Assembly (NCBI GenBank): GCA_040767805.1
Contig: JAXGNU010000005.1
Location: 72,152 to 136,151 of the forward strand
DNA: 64,000 bases
Source: Thermovirgaceae bacterium
GTDB taxonomy: Bacteria > Synergistota > Synergistia > Synergistales > Thermovirgaceae
Reading direction: 5' to 3'
Below the pieces are notes generated by a model. It ran no database searches. It was not told the DNA's origin and saw only the letters and a program-made list of their open reading frames with translations. Of this stretch, positions 37,770 through 47,384 are shown one piece after another. Made by a program: the position numbers and the translations under genes. How positions within the stretch are numbered: position 1 is the first letter of the stretch; each line of letters opens with the position of its first letter.

Positions 37770-38237
37770 TTGGCGAAAAGGTCGTTTTCCTCCTGGACCG
37801 TCCTTTTTTTACTTCTCGTCTCCTTCAATGCCGCCCAGGCCCAGGATCTTTCCGGTTACTGGGATGTCAAGGTGCAAGGCGCCGATCATTTCACCGACAG
37901 GGAACCCTCCCAGGTGCCCATCGCTGAGACGGAGACCTTCATGCAGATCGACCGCGACAACGGGAAGGTGGTGATCACCTTCGGCGGTTTCGGGGGGGTC
38001 CACTCCGCCACGATCTTCAAGGGGGCGGCGGGAGAGGACCGCTTCGTGGCGACCTGGTGGTACGAGGCCTACCCCTACGAGACCAAGGTCCTCACGGGGC
38101 TGTACGAACCTTCCAGCGGCAAGCTAAGGGGGAGGATGATCTACCCCAGGGTCTCCGACAGGCCCGGGATTGCGCCGGGCTGGGTGGATGTCGAATACGT
38201 GGCTACCAGGAGGACCGTCATGGCGCCCAGCCGTTGA
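37770..38237 (+). CDS. hypothetical secreted protein
   Basis: GGAGG RBS; signal peptide. Confidence 0.6.
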   Translation: MAKRSFSSWTVLFLLLVSFNAAQAQDLSGYWDVKVQGADHFTDREPSQVPIAETETFMQIDRDNGKVVITFGGFGGVHSATIFKGAAGEDRFVATWWYEAYPYETKVLTGLYEPSSGKLRGRMIYPRVSDRPGIAPGWVDVEYVATRRTVMAPSR

Positions 38238-38256
38238 GACCGGTCATCCACGCCGT

Positions 38257-39459
38257 TCAAATGATAATGTTCCTCCTCCGGGCCATTTCGAGGACCCTCT
38301 CCTCGAGATCCGGGCCTTCCAGTTCGGCAGCGACATCCTTAAGAAGAAGGGGGATATCGAGGCCCTGGGGGCATTTCCCCAGGCACTGCCCGCACTCGAC
38401 GCACTGGGAGGCGAAACCGCTCCCGCTCCTCTGCAAAACGCCGCTCATCCTCATCACGTAAGAGTCCTTGCCCCCCTCGAGGTCGCCGAAGAGGTGGACC
38501 CTGTCGAAGACCTCGAAGCAAGCGGGGATGTTAACCCCCGCGGGGCAGGGCATGCAGTAACCGCATCCGGAACAGCCGACCTTCATCAACTCCCTGTACC
38601 GGGCGGCTGCCCGCTTGACGAGGCCCCTTTCTCCGGGGGTCAGCGAATTGGGCAGGGCTTCGCCGGCTGTCCCCAGGTTCTCCTCTATGTGGGCTTCATC
38701 GTTCATGCCCGAGAGGACCATGACGACGCCGGGATGGTCCCAGACCCAGCGCAGGGCCCATTCGGCGGGGGTTCTCTTCAAGGGGGCCTCATCCCACAGG
38801 GCGGCGATCGGGGGCGGCGCCCCGGGCAAGCCCAGGTTCCCTCCCCGGAGGGGTTCCATGACGAAGACCCCCAGGCCCTTCGAGGCGGCGTACTCGAGCC
38901 CCCTGGTGCCGGCCTGGTTCTCCTCGTCCAGGTAGTTGTACTGGATGAGGCAGCATTCCCAGGGGTAGGCGTCGACGATGGGGGCGAAATCCGTCCCGAG
39001 GCCGTGGAAGGAGAATCCCGCGTTCACGATCCGGCCGTCGGCCTTGGCCCTGTCGAGGAAATCCCTTGCGCCGAGGGCGTCGAGGCGTTCCCATAGTGGC
39101 CCGGTGAGGGTGTGCAGGAGGTAGTAGTCGATGCGGTCTGTCTGGAGTTTCTCCAGTTGGGCCTCCAGGAAGCGGTCCATGTCGCTCCGGGACTTCACCA
39201 GGAAGGAGGGCAGCTTCGTGGCCAGCCTCACCCTCTCCCGGTAGCCGTCCCGGAGGGCCCTCCCGAGGAAGCTCTCGCTCTCCCCCCCGTGGTAGGTCCA
39301 GGCGGTGTCGATATAGTTGACGCCCCTGTCAATGGCGTACCGGACCTGGGCGGCGGCCCGCTCCTCGTCGATACGGCCTTCCTTCGTCGGGAGGCGCATG
39401 CACCCGAACCCCAGTATGGACAGTTCATCGCCCGTTTTCGGCACTTTGCGGTAGAGCAT
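38257..39459 (-). CDS. aldo/keto reductase with C-terminal Fe-S domain
   Basis: LGFGCMRLP, DTAWTY, MEPLRGG and two CxxCxxCxxC(P) clusters. Confidence 0.9.
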   Translation of the reverse strand: MLYRKVPKTGDELSILGFGCMRLPTKEGRIDEERAAAQVRYAIDRGVNYIDTAWTYHGGESESFLGRALRDGYRERVRLATKLPSFLVKSRSDMDRFLEAQLEKLQTDRIDYYLLHTLTGPLWERLDALGARDFLDRAKADGRIVNAGFSFHGLGTDFAPIVDAYPWECCLIQYNYLDEENQAGTRGLEYAASKGLGVFVMEPLRGGNLGLPGAPPPIAALWDEAPLKRTPAEWALRWVWDHPGVVMVLSGMNDEAHIEENLGTAGEALPNSLTPGERGLVKRAAARYRELMKVGCSGCGYCMPCPAGVNIPACFEVFDRVHLFGDLEGGKDSYVMRMSGVLQRSGSGFASQCVECGQCLGKCPQGLDIPLLLKDVAAELEGPDLEERVLEMARRRNIII

Positions 39460-39536
39460 CGCAAGGATCACCTCTTCCTGGAGAGCCGCCGAAGCCGCTC
39501 CCCCGGCGTTTCAGTCTCTTCGATTTAAGGTTTCAA

Positions 39537-40256
39537 TCATTCTTGGGGGTCTAGTCCACTTGGAGCAGGCGCCTTTCCGTTTTCTAGGATTTTCCAGAGG
39601 CTGTCCATGATGTGCTCCTGCATTAGGTCCCTTGCGCCTTTTGGATCCTTGTTCTTGATCTTGTCCAGGATCTCGGCGTGTTCGAGGGAAAATTTGCGGC
39701 GGTCCTCTATAGGCCATTCCTTGAATTTTTTTCTCTGAATCGAAATCTCCGCCCTGATCGAGTTGTAAAGCTGGATCAGGAGCTTGTTGCCCGAGAGTTT
39801 CACTATGGTGTCATGAAACCTGGCGTGAAGGTCAACATCAGGTTCCGGCAGGAGCTCGTCCTCCTTGAGGATTGCCTCCAGTTCAGAGATCGTTTCTTTT
39901 GTCGCTCGCTCGGAAGCCCAGTAGGCCGCCTGGGCTTCAATAAGAAGACGGACCTCCATCAGCTCGATGAGTGAGGATCGTCCCGAAATGAGCTTGACAA
40001 GCTCTGTGTTGTGGATATTCCTCAAAGCATTGGGGGAGAGAAAAGTACCGTTGCCTGGACGGGGCTCGACTATCCCGAAGAAGGCGAGGGATTTCATTAC
40101 TTCCCTGATCGAGTTGCGGCTCACCTGGAACTCTGAAGCCAACGCGCTCTCTCCAGGCATGCGGCTGCCTGGTTCCCAGTAACCTCTTTCAATGGCGGTC
40201 AACATCTGCGTCAGGACCGATTCGTAAAGGGTTGAACGCACAACCGGTTTGATCAT
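39537..40256 (-). CDS. FadR/GntR regulator
   Basis: VSRNSIRE, GNGTF and ELMEVR motifs. Confidence 0.9.
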   Translation of the reverse strand: MIKPVVRSTLYESVLTQMLTAIERGYWEPGSRMPGESALASEFQVSRNSIREVMKSLAFFGIVEPRPGNGTFLSPNALRNIHNTELVKLISGRSSLIELMEVRLLIEAQAAYWASERATKETISELEAILKEDELLPEPDVDLHARFHDTIVKLSGNKLLIQLYNSIRAEISIQRKKFKEWPIEDRRKFSLEHAEILDKIKNKDPKGARDLMQEHIMDSLWKILENGKAPAPSGLDPQE

Positions 40257-40346
40257 TTCCTATCCTCTTTCTCTTGTTTTGTCGTTTGCTCCCAACGAGG
40301 GGGGGGAATCCCAAAAAGGGTAATCCATTCTTTTTCTCAAAATTAT

Positions 40347-41615
40347 GGAATCTCTGAAAAAGTCCTCTAGAAACGGACCTTGACCTAGTAAAATATGGTT
40401 GTGACAGCCTTGGTTTGTCCATTCCAGCCTTCTGTACGACCATACCATCCTTTGAGGGAGCTGATCCCGCATGAAGAGCCAGAAGAGCCTTGCCAACGCC
40501 GTGACCTTCGAGAAGTTTAAAAAGACCACAAGGCGCGAGCAATTTCTGGCCGAGATGGAACAGGTCGTCCCCTGGAAGGAACTTTGCGCCCTCATTGAAC
40601 CTTACTACCCCAAGCTGGGAAGGGGTAGACCTCCCATAGGACTGGAACGGATGCTTCGGATCCATTTCCTGCAGAGTTGGTTCAACCTCAGCGACCCCGG
40701 AGCCGAAGAAGCGCTCTACGATATGGAATCCATGAGGCGATTTGTTGGGATAGACCTCGGCAACGAGCCTGTACCGGACGAAACGACGATCTGCAAGTTC
40801 CGCCACCTTCTCGAGGCCCATGACCTTGGCAAGATGATCTTCAGGGAGGTCAACGCCCACCTTGAATCAAGAGGTATGAGGCTCTCCGAGGGTACCATCG
40901 TTGATGCCACCATCATCAACGCTCCGTCTTCGACGAAGAACAAAGAGAAGAAGCGGGACCCAGAAATGCACTCCACGAAGAAAGGCAACCAGTTCTACTT
41001 CGGCATGAAGATCCACATAGGTGTCGACAAAGCCACTAAACTGGCCCACAGCCTTGTCACTACGCCTGCCAACGTGCACGACTCGCATCTCATCGGCGAA
41101 CTTCTTCATGGGGGAGAAAGCGGAGTATGGGGCGACTCGGCCTACATGGGCAAGACGGAAGAGATCAACGACAAGGCTCCCATGGCCTCGGATAACACGA
41201 ACAAAAGGTCCACCAGAAACAGGAAGCTCACGGAAGAGGAGAAGGAAAGGAACAAGATGCTTTCCAAGACCCGCGTTCGGGTAGAACACGTCTTCGGTGT
41301 GGTCAAGAACGTATTCGGATACAGGAAGGTTCGCTACAAGGGTCTTGCGAAGAACACCAATGGCATCCATGTTCTCTTTGCTTTGTCTAACCTTTACATG
41401 GTCAGGAGGGAACTGCTCTCGCTCCTGGCAGGGGTGTAGTGTCCCTGGATATGGGGAGAAAGGCCAGAAAAGGAAGCAAAAGGGGCGATACAATCCTCCG
41501 AAGGCCTTGAAATGATCTTCTTAAGACCGGAATAGCCTGACTTATCCACAGGAAACGGATTCGGTTGTCAAGGTCCCAATGTTGCAACTATCAAGGTCTT
41601 TTGTTCAGAGGTTCC
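40347..41615 (+). mobile_element. IS5-family element, 1269 bp
   Basis: IRs GGAATCTCTGAAAAA / GGAACCTCTGAACAA; TTAT direct repeat on both flanks. Confidence 0.9.
40471..41439 (+). CDS. IS5 family transposase
   Basis: PDETTI, VDATII, GDSAY and RVRVEHVF motifs. Confidence 0.95.
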   Translation: MKSQKSLANAVTFEKFKKTTRREQFLAEMEQVVPWKELCALIEPYYPKLGRGRPPIGLERMLRIHFLQSWFNLSDPGAEEALYDMESMRRFVGIDLGNEPVPDETTICKFRHLLEAHDLGKMIFREVNAHLESRGMRLSEGTIVDATIINAPSSTKNKEKKRDPEMHSTKKGNQFYFGMKIHIGVDKATKLAHSLVTTPANVHDSHLIGELLHGGESGVWGDSAYMGKTEEINDKAPMASDNTNKRSTRNRKLTEEEKERNKMLSKTRVRVEHVFGVVKNVFGYRKVRYKGLAKNTNGIHVLFALSNLYMVRRELLSLLAGV

Positions 41616-41655
41616 TTATATATTAGAGCCCGTCAATGCTCCAATTTTAATAAAG

Positions 41656-42565
41656 GGTGATTGCACCCTATTTGGCACTGGTATTAGGATGGTGCCATGG
41701 ACCTCAAAGCCTATGAACACTTGATCCGTACCGAGTCTGCAGCCAGGAAATTCATGTTGGGATTTTGCTGGAAAAACCAACAAAGATTTTGTCCTAAATG
41801 CAGACAAAGAAAACTTTACAGGCTTACTGACGGTAGACGTCGATGCTCCCGTTGCGGTTATACCTTCCACGACTTCTCCGGAAGGTGGATTAATCTGGTT
41901 GACCTTGACTGCGGACAGTGGCTTCGGCTAATAAAGCTCTTCGAGCTGGAGCTTTCATCCCGAAAGATCGCCCAACAGCTGTCCGTTTCATACAAGGTCG
42001 CCCACAGGGCTGTAATGGTTCTTAGAGGGGCCATAATGGCCCATGCACCCGACGCCCAAAAACTTCTGGGCGGCGAGGTGGAAATAGATGAATCCTATTT
42101 CGGCGGCAAACGTAAAGGCAAACGCGGCCGCGGCGCCTCCGGCAAGGTCCCGGTCTTCGGCATCCTGGAAAGGGACGGACTTGTTCACGTGGAGGCCGTC
42201 CCGAACGTAAGGGCCGAAACGCTCCTTGGCATGACCATCAAGAAGGTGCGCCGCGGAAGCATAGTCTACACGGACAAGTTCAAGGTCTACGATTCCCTTA
42301 TGTTCTGCGGATACAGGCACCTCAAGGTGGATCACGGCAAAAGGGTCTATGCCAGCGGCAAAGTCTACATCAACGGCCTGGAAGGCTTCTGGAGCTTTGC
42401 CAAGGAACGCCTTATCAAGCACCATGGTGTTTCAAGGACCTGGTTCCCTTATTACCTGAAAGAACTCGAGTTCCGGTACAATAACCGACGAAACGAAATA
42501 TTCAATGTTCTCTGTCAGTATATATGTGACTTTACACCTCTTGTGCCAGATAGGGAGTAATCACC
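41656..42565 (+). mobile_element. IS1595-family element, 910 bp
   Basis: 23-bp IRs GGTGATTGCACCCTATTTGGCAC / GGTGATTACTCCCTATCTGGCAC; 8-bp TSD TAATAAAG. Confidence 0.92.
41697..42560 (+). CDS. IS1595 family transposase
   Basis: Zn ribbon; EIDESY, YTD, INGLEGFW and YLKELEFRYN motifs. Confidence 0.95.
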   Translation: MDLKAYEHLIRTESAARKFMLGFCWKNQQRFCPKCRQRKLYRLTDGRRRCSRCGYTFHDFSGRWINLVDLDCGQWLRLIKLFELELSSRKIAQQLSVSYKVAHRAVMVLRGAIMAHAPDAQKLLGGEVEIDESYFGGKRKGKRGRGASGKVPVFGILERDGLVHVEAVPNVRAETLLGMTIKKVRRGSIVYTDKFKVYDSLMFCGYRHLKVDHGKRVYASGKVYINGLEGFWSFAKERLIKHHGVSRTWFPYYLKELEFRYNNRRNEIFNVLCQYICDFTPLVPDRE

Positions 42566-42631
42566 TAATAAAGAGGTCCTCCCTCCCCCTCGCCCCTTTT
42601 TAGCTGATATCCCCCCTCACGTAGGATTATA

Positions 42632-42696
42632 TTGACAGCAGTATGCCCATTTGTTACTCTATTTGAGCACTGTGAATTATCCTACAATAGGATAAT
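42632..42696 (+). promoter_or_regulatory. promoter and palindromic operator of the reductase operon
   Basis: TTGACA-17-TACTCT at 42632-42660; ATTATCCTA-CAA-TAGGATAAT at 42676-42696. Confidence 0.7.
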
Positions 42697-42763
42697 AATA
42701 TTATCAAGGTAGGGAGAATGATTCATCGCTTTCGCTCAATCTTAACCAAGGGGGAGGGAAATC

Positions 42764-43285
42764 ATGACTGCAAAAGACGTTGTGAAAAGGCTTTGGTCAA
42801 TGCTATACGAAATTCAGGGGTTTGTGTTGTTCATACTGATGCTTGGCGTAACGGTCCTCGTCTTTGTGCAGGTAATCATGCGGTATGTTCTTCATGCTCC
42901 TCTCATGGGCATTGAGGAACTGTTGCTTTTCCCGGCAATATGGCTCTACCTCCTGGGAGGAGCAAGCGCTTCTATGGAAAGGACCCATATAGAGTGCAAT
43001 GTGATCAATGTTTACGTGAAGGGTCCCCTCGCGCTCAAATTACTGGAGATCCTGAAATCGTCCATCTCCCTGGGCGTATGCTTGTGGCTCACCTATTGGG
43101 CCTTTGAATACTTGCAGTATTCGTTGAGAGTTTGGAAACTCAGTAACCTCCTTTACATCCCCCTCTTCTTTGGCGAAAGCGCCCTCTTCATCTGTCTTAC
43201 CCTTATGGCGGTTTACACCGCCGTGGAACTTGGAGACGACTTCCTTGGCCTCAGGGCTGCTTTAAAAAGCGAGGAGGCGGAATAG
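42764..43285 (+). CDS. TRAP small permease DctQ
   Basis: QVIMRYV motif; 4 TM segments. Confidence 0.88.
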   Translation: MTAKDVVKRLWSMLYEIQGFVLFILMLGVTVLVFVQVIMRYVLHAPLMGIEELLLFPAIWLYLLGGASASMERTHIECNVINVYVKGPLALKLLEILKSSISLGVCLWLTYWAFEYLQYSLRVWKLSNLLYIPLFFGESALFICLTLMAVYTAVELGDDFLGLRAALKSEEAE

Positions 43286-43287
43286 CC

Positions 43288-44601
43288 ATGAGTCTCACGA
43301 CAGTAATACTTCTCGATGTTCTGATCCTTATCCTTCTTTTGATCTTGAGTGTTCCACTGCCCTTCTGTTTTGGAGGCGCCCTGCTTTTTTTGACCCTATT
43401 CGGGAACGTGTCCATGGCCAGCATGATGATGTGGGGATTCAACCAGATGATAGCCATGGTCCTCTTGGCCAGTCCCCTTTTCATTTTCGCCGGGCTACTC
43501 ATGGCTAACAGCGGGATTGCTGACACGCTTTTAGATTTCGTGGATTTGTTCGTAGGAAGGATCAAGGGAGGATTGGGTGTCGTCAGTACAGTAACCTGCG
43601 CCATAATCGGGGCCATTTCGGGCAGCGGCTTTACCGGCGTAGCGGCCACCGGGCCCATAATGGTTCCCCGGATGGTGGCCCAGGGTTACCCCAGGGGTTA
43701 CGCCACGGCCCTGGTTACTGTTTCCTCCATCCTGGGACTACTGATACCGCCGAGTGTGACCATGATCATCTTCGGATGGATTACGGAGACATCGATCCTG
43801 GCCTGTTTCCTTTCCACGGTGGGGCCAGGGCTCCTGATCACCCTATCTCTATCGATCGTCAACCTCGTATGGGTCCGCAAGATGCCCGGTATTATCCTGG
43901 AAGACCTCGAGACGCATAAACAAAGAAGAAAGGAAATGCCCGCCCGTTTCTCCAAGGCCATCCCGGCCCTTTCTATTCCCTTCGTGATCTTGGGGGGGAT
44001 TTACGGTGGAGTTTTTACTCCCACCGAAGCGGCCGCCGTGGCCGCGATCCTGGCCCTGCCGATAGGGTTCTGGGTGTACAAGGGGCTGAACCTCAAGAAT
44101 TTCATCCCCCTCGTGAGAGAATCGGCAACGTCCGTAGGGGCCATTATGACGATGATCCTTTTCACCCTGATCCTGAGCCAGACCTTCGTCATGCTCAGGG
44201 TTCCCCAAATGCTTGTACAAGTGGTGTTCCGTTTAACGGAGAACTACTGGCTGATCCTTTTCCTCATCAATATTTTTCTCTTCTTTGTAGGGATGATAGT
44301 CAATGACATTACGGGGATAATCCTGATCGCCCCTCTCCTTCTCCCCCTTGTCCGGGAGATGGGTATGAACCCGATCCAACTCGCGGCCATCATGGGAACC
44401 AACCTCGCCATGGGCGGTGTGACGCCTCCTTATGCCAGCATCCTCTATCTTGGGATGAGGGTAGGCAAATGTGAATTCACCGACATCTTCAAGCCGACCA
44501 TGATTTTTTTGATCGTTGCCTATATCCCCATCATCTTCCTAACGACCTATTGGGCTCCGCTCTCAATGTGGCTGCCGACGGTCCTCGGTTATGTGAAATG
44601 A
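43288..44601 (+). CDS. TRAP large permease DctM
   Basis: IPPS, FTPTEAA and TPP motifs. Confidence 0.92.
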   Translation: MSLTTVILLDVLILILLLILSVPLPFCFGGALLFLTLFGNVSMASMMMWGFNQMIAMVLLASPLFIFAGLLMANSGIADTLLDFVDLFVGRIKGGLGVVSTVTCAIIGAISGSGFTGVAATGPIMVPRMVAQGYPRGYATALVTVSSILGLLIPPSVTMIIFGWITETSILACFLSTVGPGLLITLSLSIVNLVWVRKMPGIILEDLETHKQRRKEMPARFSKAIPALSIPFVILGGIYGGVFTPTEAAAVAAILALPIGFWVYKGLNLKNFIPLVRESATSVGAIMTMILFTLILSQTFVMLRVPQMLVQVVFRLTENYWLILFLINIFLFFVGMIVNDITGIILIAPLLLPLVREMGMNPIQLAAIMGTNLAMGGVTPPYASILYLGMRVGKCEFTDIFKPTMIFLIVAYIPIIFLTTYWAPLSMWLPTVLGYVK

Positions 44602-44653
44602 GAAAAGGGGGGTTCCCCTGTTGTGACCCTCAGGTATCAAGGAGCGTGGTGAA

Positions 44654-45748
44654 ATGAAACCGGTAGTGACTGTTCTAGGTGCGGGAAATGGCGGACAGGC
44701 CCTGGCAGGTCACTTGGCGCTCAAAGGCTACAGTGTGCGGCTTTTTGAACACCCCGATTTTGGAGATAAGGTCCCCGTCATAGAGGACATGGGCGGGATC
44801 GAATTGAGAGGTAAACTCGAAGGCTTCGGCGAACTCGAAAAAACCACGACAAACGCCGCAGAGGCCCTGGCGGGGGCTGATGTCGTCTACGTTGCCGCGC
44901 CGTCTTTTGCTCAGAAACCCATCATCGATAAAGCAGGTCCTTATATTTCCGAAGGGATGAAAGTGGTGTTCCTACCGGGGAACTTCGGCTCCCTGGAAGC
45001 CGTTAACTGGCTGGATGCCGGGAAAAAAGAGGGGATCCTTTTGGGGGAGACCAATACACTCCCCTATGCCTGTAGACAGATCGAACCCGGCATTGTGGAC
45101 ATCTGGGGGATCAAGACGAAGGTCTTGTTGGCGGCCCTGCCGTCAAAAAGGAACGGAGAACTGCTTGAAGCAGTGGGGGAAATGTTTCCCACCGCTATCG
45201 TGGAAGCGTCCAACGTCCTTGAGACTGGTTTTTCCAATATGAACATGGTGGTCCACTGCTCGACGATGATCCTGAATGCCGGACGCATTGAATCTGAAAA
45301 AGGTAATTTCCGTTTTTATACTGACGGAATGAGCCCATCGGTATGCAAAATTTCTGAATTTGTCGATGCTGAAAGGATCGCCGTCGGGAAGGCTCTAGGT
45401 CTTAAGCTTCAGACAGAGATCCAGTGGCTTAGAGAAACTTACAGCCTGGAGGGTGAGACTCTCTACGAGGTTCTCCAGAGTAGCAACGTTTACGGAGGTC
45501 ATGGTCCTGACGCTCCAAAAACCTTATCCCATAGGTACCTTACGGAAGACGTTCCCTATTTGCTGGTGCCGGTGGCTTCCCTGGGACGTGCTCTCGGTGT
45601 GCCCTGTCCCGTGATCGAGAGCATAATTCTACTGGCGGGGAAGATCAACGGCAGGGATCACTTTTCTGAAGGGCGGACAATGGAAAGGATGGGATTCCGC
45701 TCCGCCGGTATCGAAAGCATCAGGGAAAAGCTGGTGGAAGGAGCATAG
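44654..45748 (+). CDS. NAD/NADP octopine/nopaline (opine) dehydrogenase family
   Basis: GAGNGG, ETNTLPYAC, DAER and HRYLTEDVPY motifs. Confidence 0.88.
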   Translation: MKPVVTVLGAGNGGQALAGHLALKGYSVRLFEHPDFGDKVPVIEDMGGIELRGKLEGFGELEKTTTNAAEALAGADVVYVAAPSFAQKPIIDKAGPYISEGMKVVFLPGNFGSLEAVNWLDAGKKEGILLGETNTLPYACRQIEPGIVDIWGIKTKVLLAALPSKRNGELLEAVGEMFPTAIVEASNVLETGFSNMNMVVHCSTMILNAGRIESEKGNFRFYTDGMSPSVCKISEFVDAERIAVGKALGLKLQTEIQWLRETYSLEGETLYEVLQSSNVYGGHGPDAPKTLSHRYLTEDVPYLLVPVASLGRALGVPCPVIESIILLAGKINGRDHFSEGRTMERMGFRSAGIESIREKLVEGA

Positions 45749-45766
45749 CTCGGGGAGGATCAGGGG

Positions 45767-47353
45767 ATGGCTGTTCTCGAAGTACCGGGAAGCATTTTTG
45801 ACATACTGGGCCCCATCATGACGGGACCCTCAAGCTCCCACACTGCCGGAGCCGTCCGCGTAGGTCTCATGGCGCGCGGCATCGCCGGGGGGGCCCTGAA
45901 GGGGGCCGTCATCACCTTTTACGGGTCCCTGGCCGAGACCTACAAGGGGCACATGACGGACTCGGGAGTCGTCGCGGGGCTTCTGGGCATGGGTGTCGAC
46001 GATCCCGGCATAAGGGAAGCCCTCGAAAGCGCGGAAAAAAGAGGCATCTCCATCCGGGTCCTTGCTCTTCCCTCGGAAACGAAAAACCCCAACACGATAG
46101 TAGTCGAACTCGAGACCCGCGAGGGGGAAACGCGGCGCGTGGAGGGCGTCACCATTGGCGGCGGGGAGATACAGGTCTCCTCCATCGATGGTTTCCCCGT
46201 GGACTTACGGGGGAAGCACGACGAGGTCCTTTTATTCACCGGGCCCGGCGCGGCCTTCCCCGATGAGGCGGCGGCCATCGCCGCCGGGAGTGAGCCCTCC
46301 GTCTCGGAAGGCCCTGGCGGCGCGAGGCTGTTCGTGATCAGGCCCTTCGCGTCCCCTGAAAGATCCGTGCTAGAGGGGCTGGGAAAGGCGAACGGTGTCC
46401 TGGGGGTCAGCTTCCTCCCGCGGCTTTACGACTACGGAAAGGCGGACGGTCCCGCCCTTTTCAGCACCGTGGAGGGGATGGTCCGGCTTTCAGGGGAGAT
46501 CGGGCTCCTCCCGGCCTTGGAAAATTACGAAGCAGGGCGCAGCGGGCTGAGCAGGGAAGAGACTCGGGAGAAACTGGCCCGTGTCTGGTCCGTCATGGAG
46601 GGATCGACGAAGGCGGGCCTTTCGGGCCGCAACAGGATGGTCGGCGGCTTTATGCCGGGCGATGACGGGCGCAAACTCCTCGATGCCTTGAACTCGGGGG
46701 TCACCCTGTCGGGGCCGGTCCTGCCCTTGGCCGTAGCGAAAGCCATTTCCGCCATGGAGGTCAACGCTTCCATGGGTCGGGTCTGCGCCGCGCCGACGGC
46801 GGGCTCCTGCGGGGTGCTGCCGGGGGTCCTTTCCGCTATGAAGGAACAGAGGTCTTTGCAAGACGATACTCTGGTGGACGCACTGCTGGTGGCGGGTGTC
46901 TACGGGGCCCTAGTAGCTTTCAGGGCGCCCATATCCGGGGCCCTGGGGGGGTGCCAGTCCGAGATAGGGGTGGCCTCGGCGATGGCCGCCGCCGCCCTGG
47001 CCTACCTAGGGGGAGGATCGGCCGAGGCGACGGCCCACGCCATGGCGCTGGCCTTGAAGAGCCTCTTGGGGCTCGTCTGTGACCCCGTGGCCGGCCCCGT
47101 CGAAATCCCCTGCATCAAGCGAAACGCCGTGGGCGTAGCCAACGCCTTCGCCGCCGCCGACATGGCGCTGGCCGGGATAAGAAGCGTAATCCCCCCCGAT
47201 GAAGTGATCGATGCCCTGGTGAACGTCCAGCAATTAATGCCGGCTGAGCTCAGGGGTTCCACCCAGGCGAGCCTGGGGGTGACGAAGACCGCGATACGCT
47301 TGAAAGAAGAGTGGCTCTCGCGGTGCAGGCACTGCAAGGAAGAATGTCCTTGA
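45767..47353 (+). CDS. Fe-S L-serine ammonia-lyase, fused beta and alpha subunits
   Basis: GPSSSHTAG, PTAGSCG, GGCQSE and GLVCDPVAGPVEIPCIKRN motifs. Confidence 0.9.
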   Translation: MAVLEVPGSIFDILGPIMTGPSSSHTAGAVRVGLMARGIAGGALKGAVITFYGSLAETYKGHMTDSGVVAGLLGMGVDDPGIREALESAEKRGISIRVLALPSETKNPNTIVVELETREGETRRVEGVTIGGGEIQVSSIDGFPVDLRGKHDEVLLFTGPGAAFPDEAAAIAAGSEPSVSEGPGGARLFVIRPFASPERSVLEGLGKANGVLGVSFLPRLYDYGKADGPALFSTVEGMVRLSGEIGLLPALENYEAGRSGLSREETREKLARVWSVMEGSTKAGLSGRNRMVGGFMPGDDGRKLLDALNSGVTLSGPVLPLAVAKAISAMEVNASMGRVCAAPTAGSCGVLPGVLSAMKEQRSLQDDTLVDALLVAGVYGALVAFRAPISGALGGCQSEIGVASAMAAAALAYLGGGSAEATAHAMALALKSLLGLVCDPVAGPVEIPCIKRNAVGVANAFAAADMALAGIRSVIPPDEVIDALVNVQQLMPAELRGSTQASLGVTKTAIRLKEEWLSRCRHCKEECP

Positions 47354-47384
47354 CATAATTTCAGAGAATGTGGGGGAGGATAAC

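Noticed and set aside
40347..42565. Composite transposon
   Set aside because: The two IS elements are from different families, each has its own TSD, and there is no cargo.
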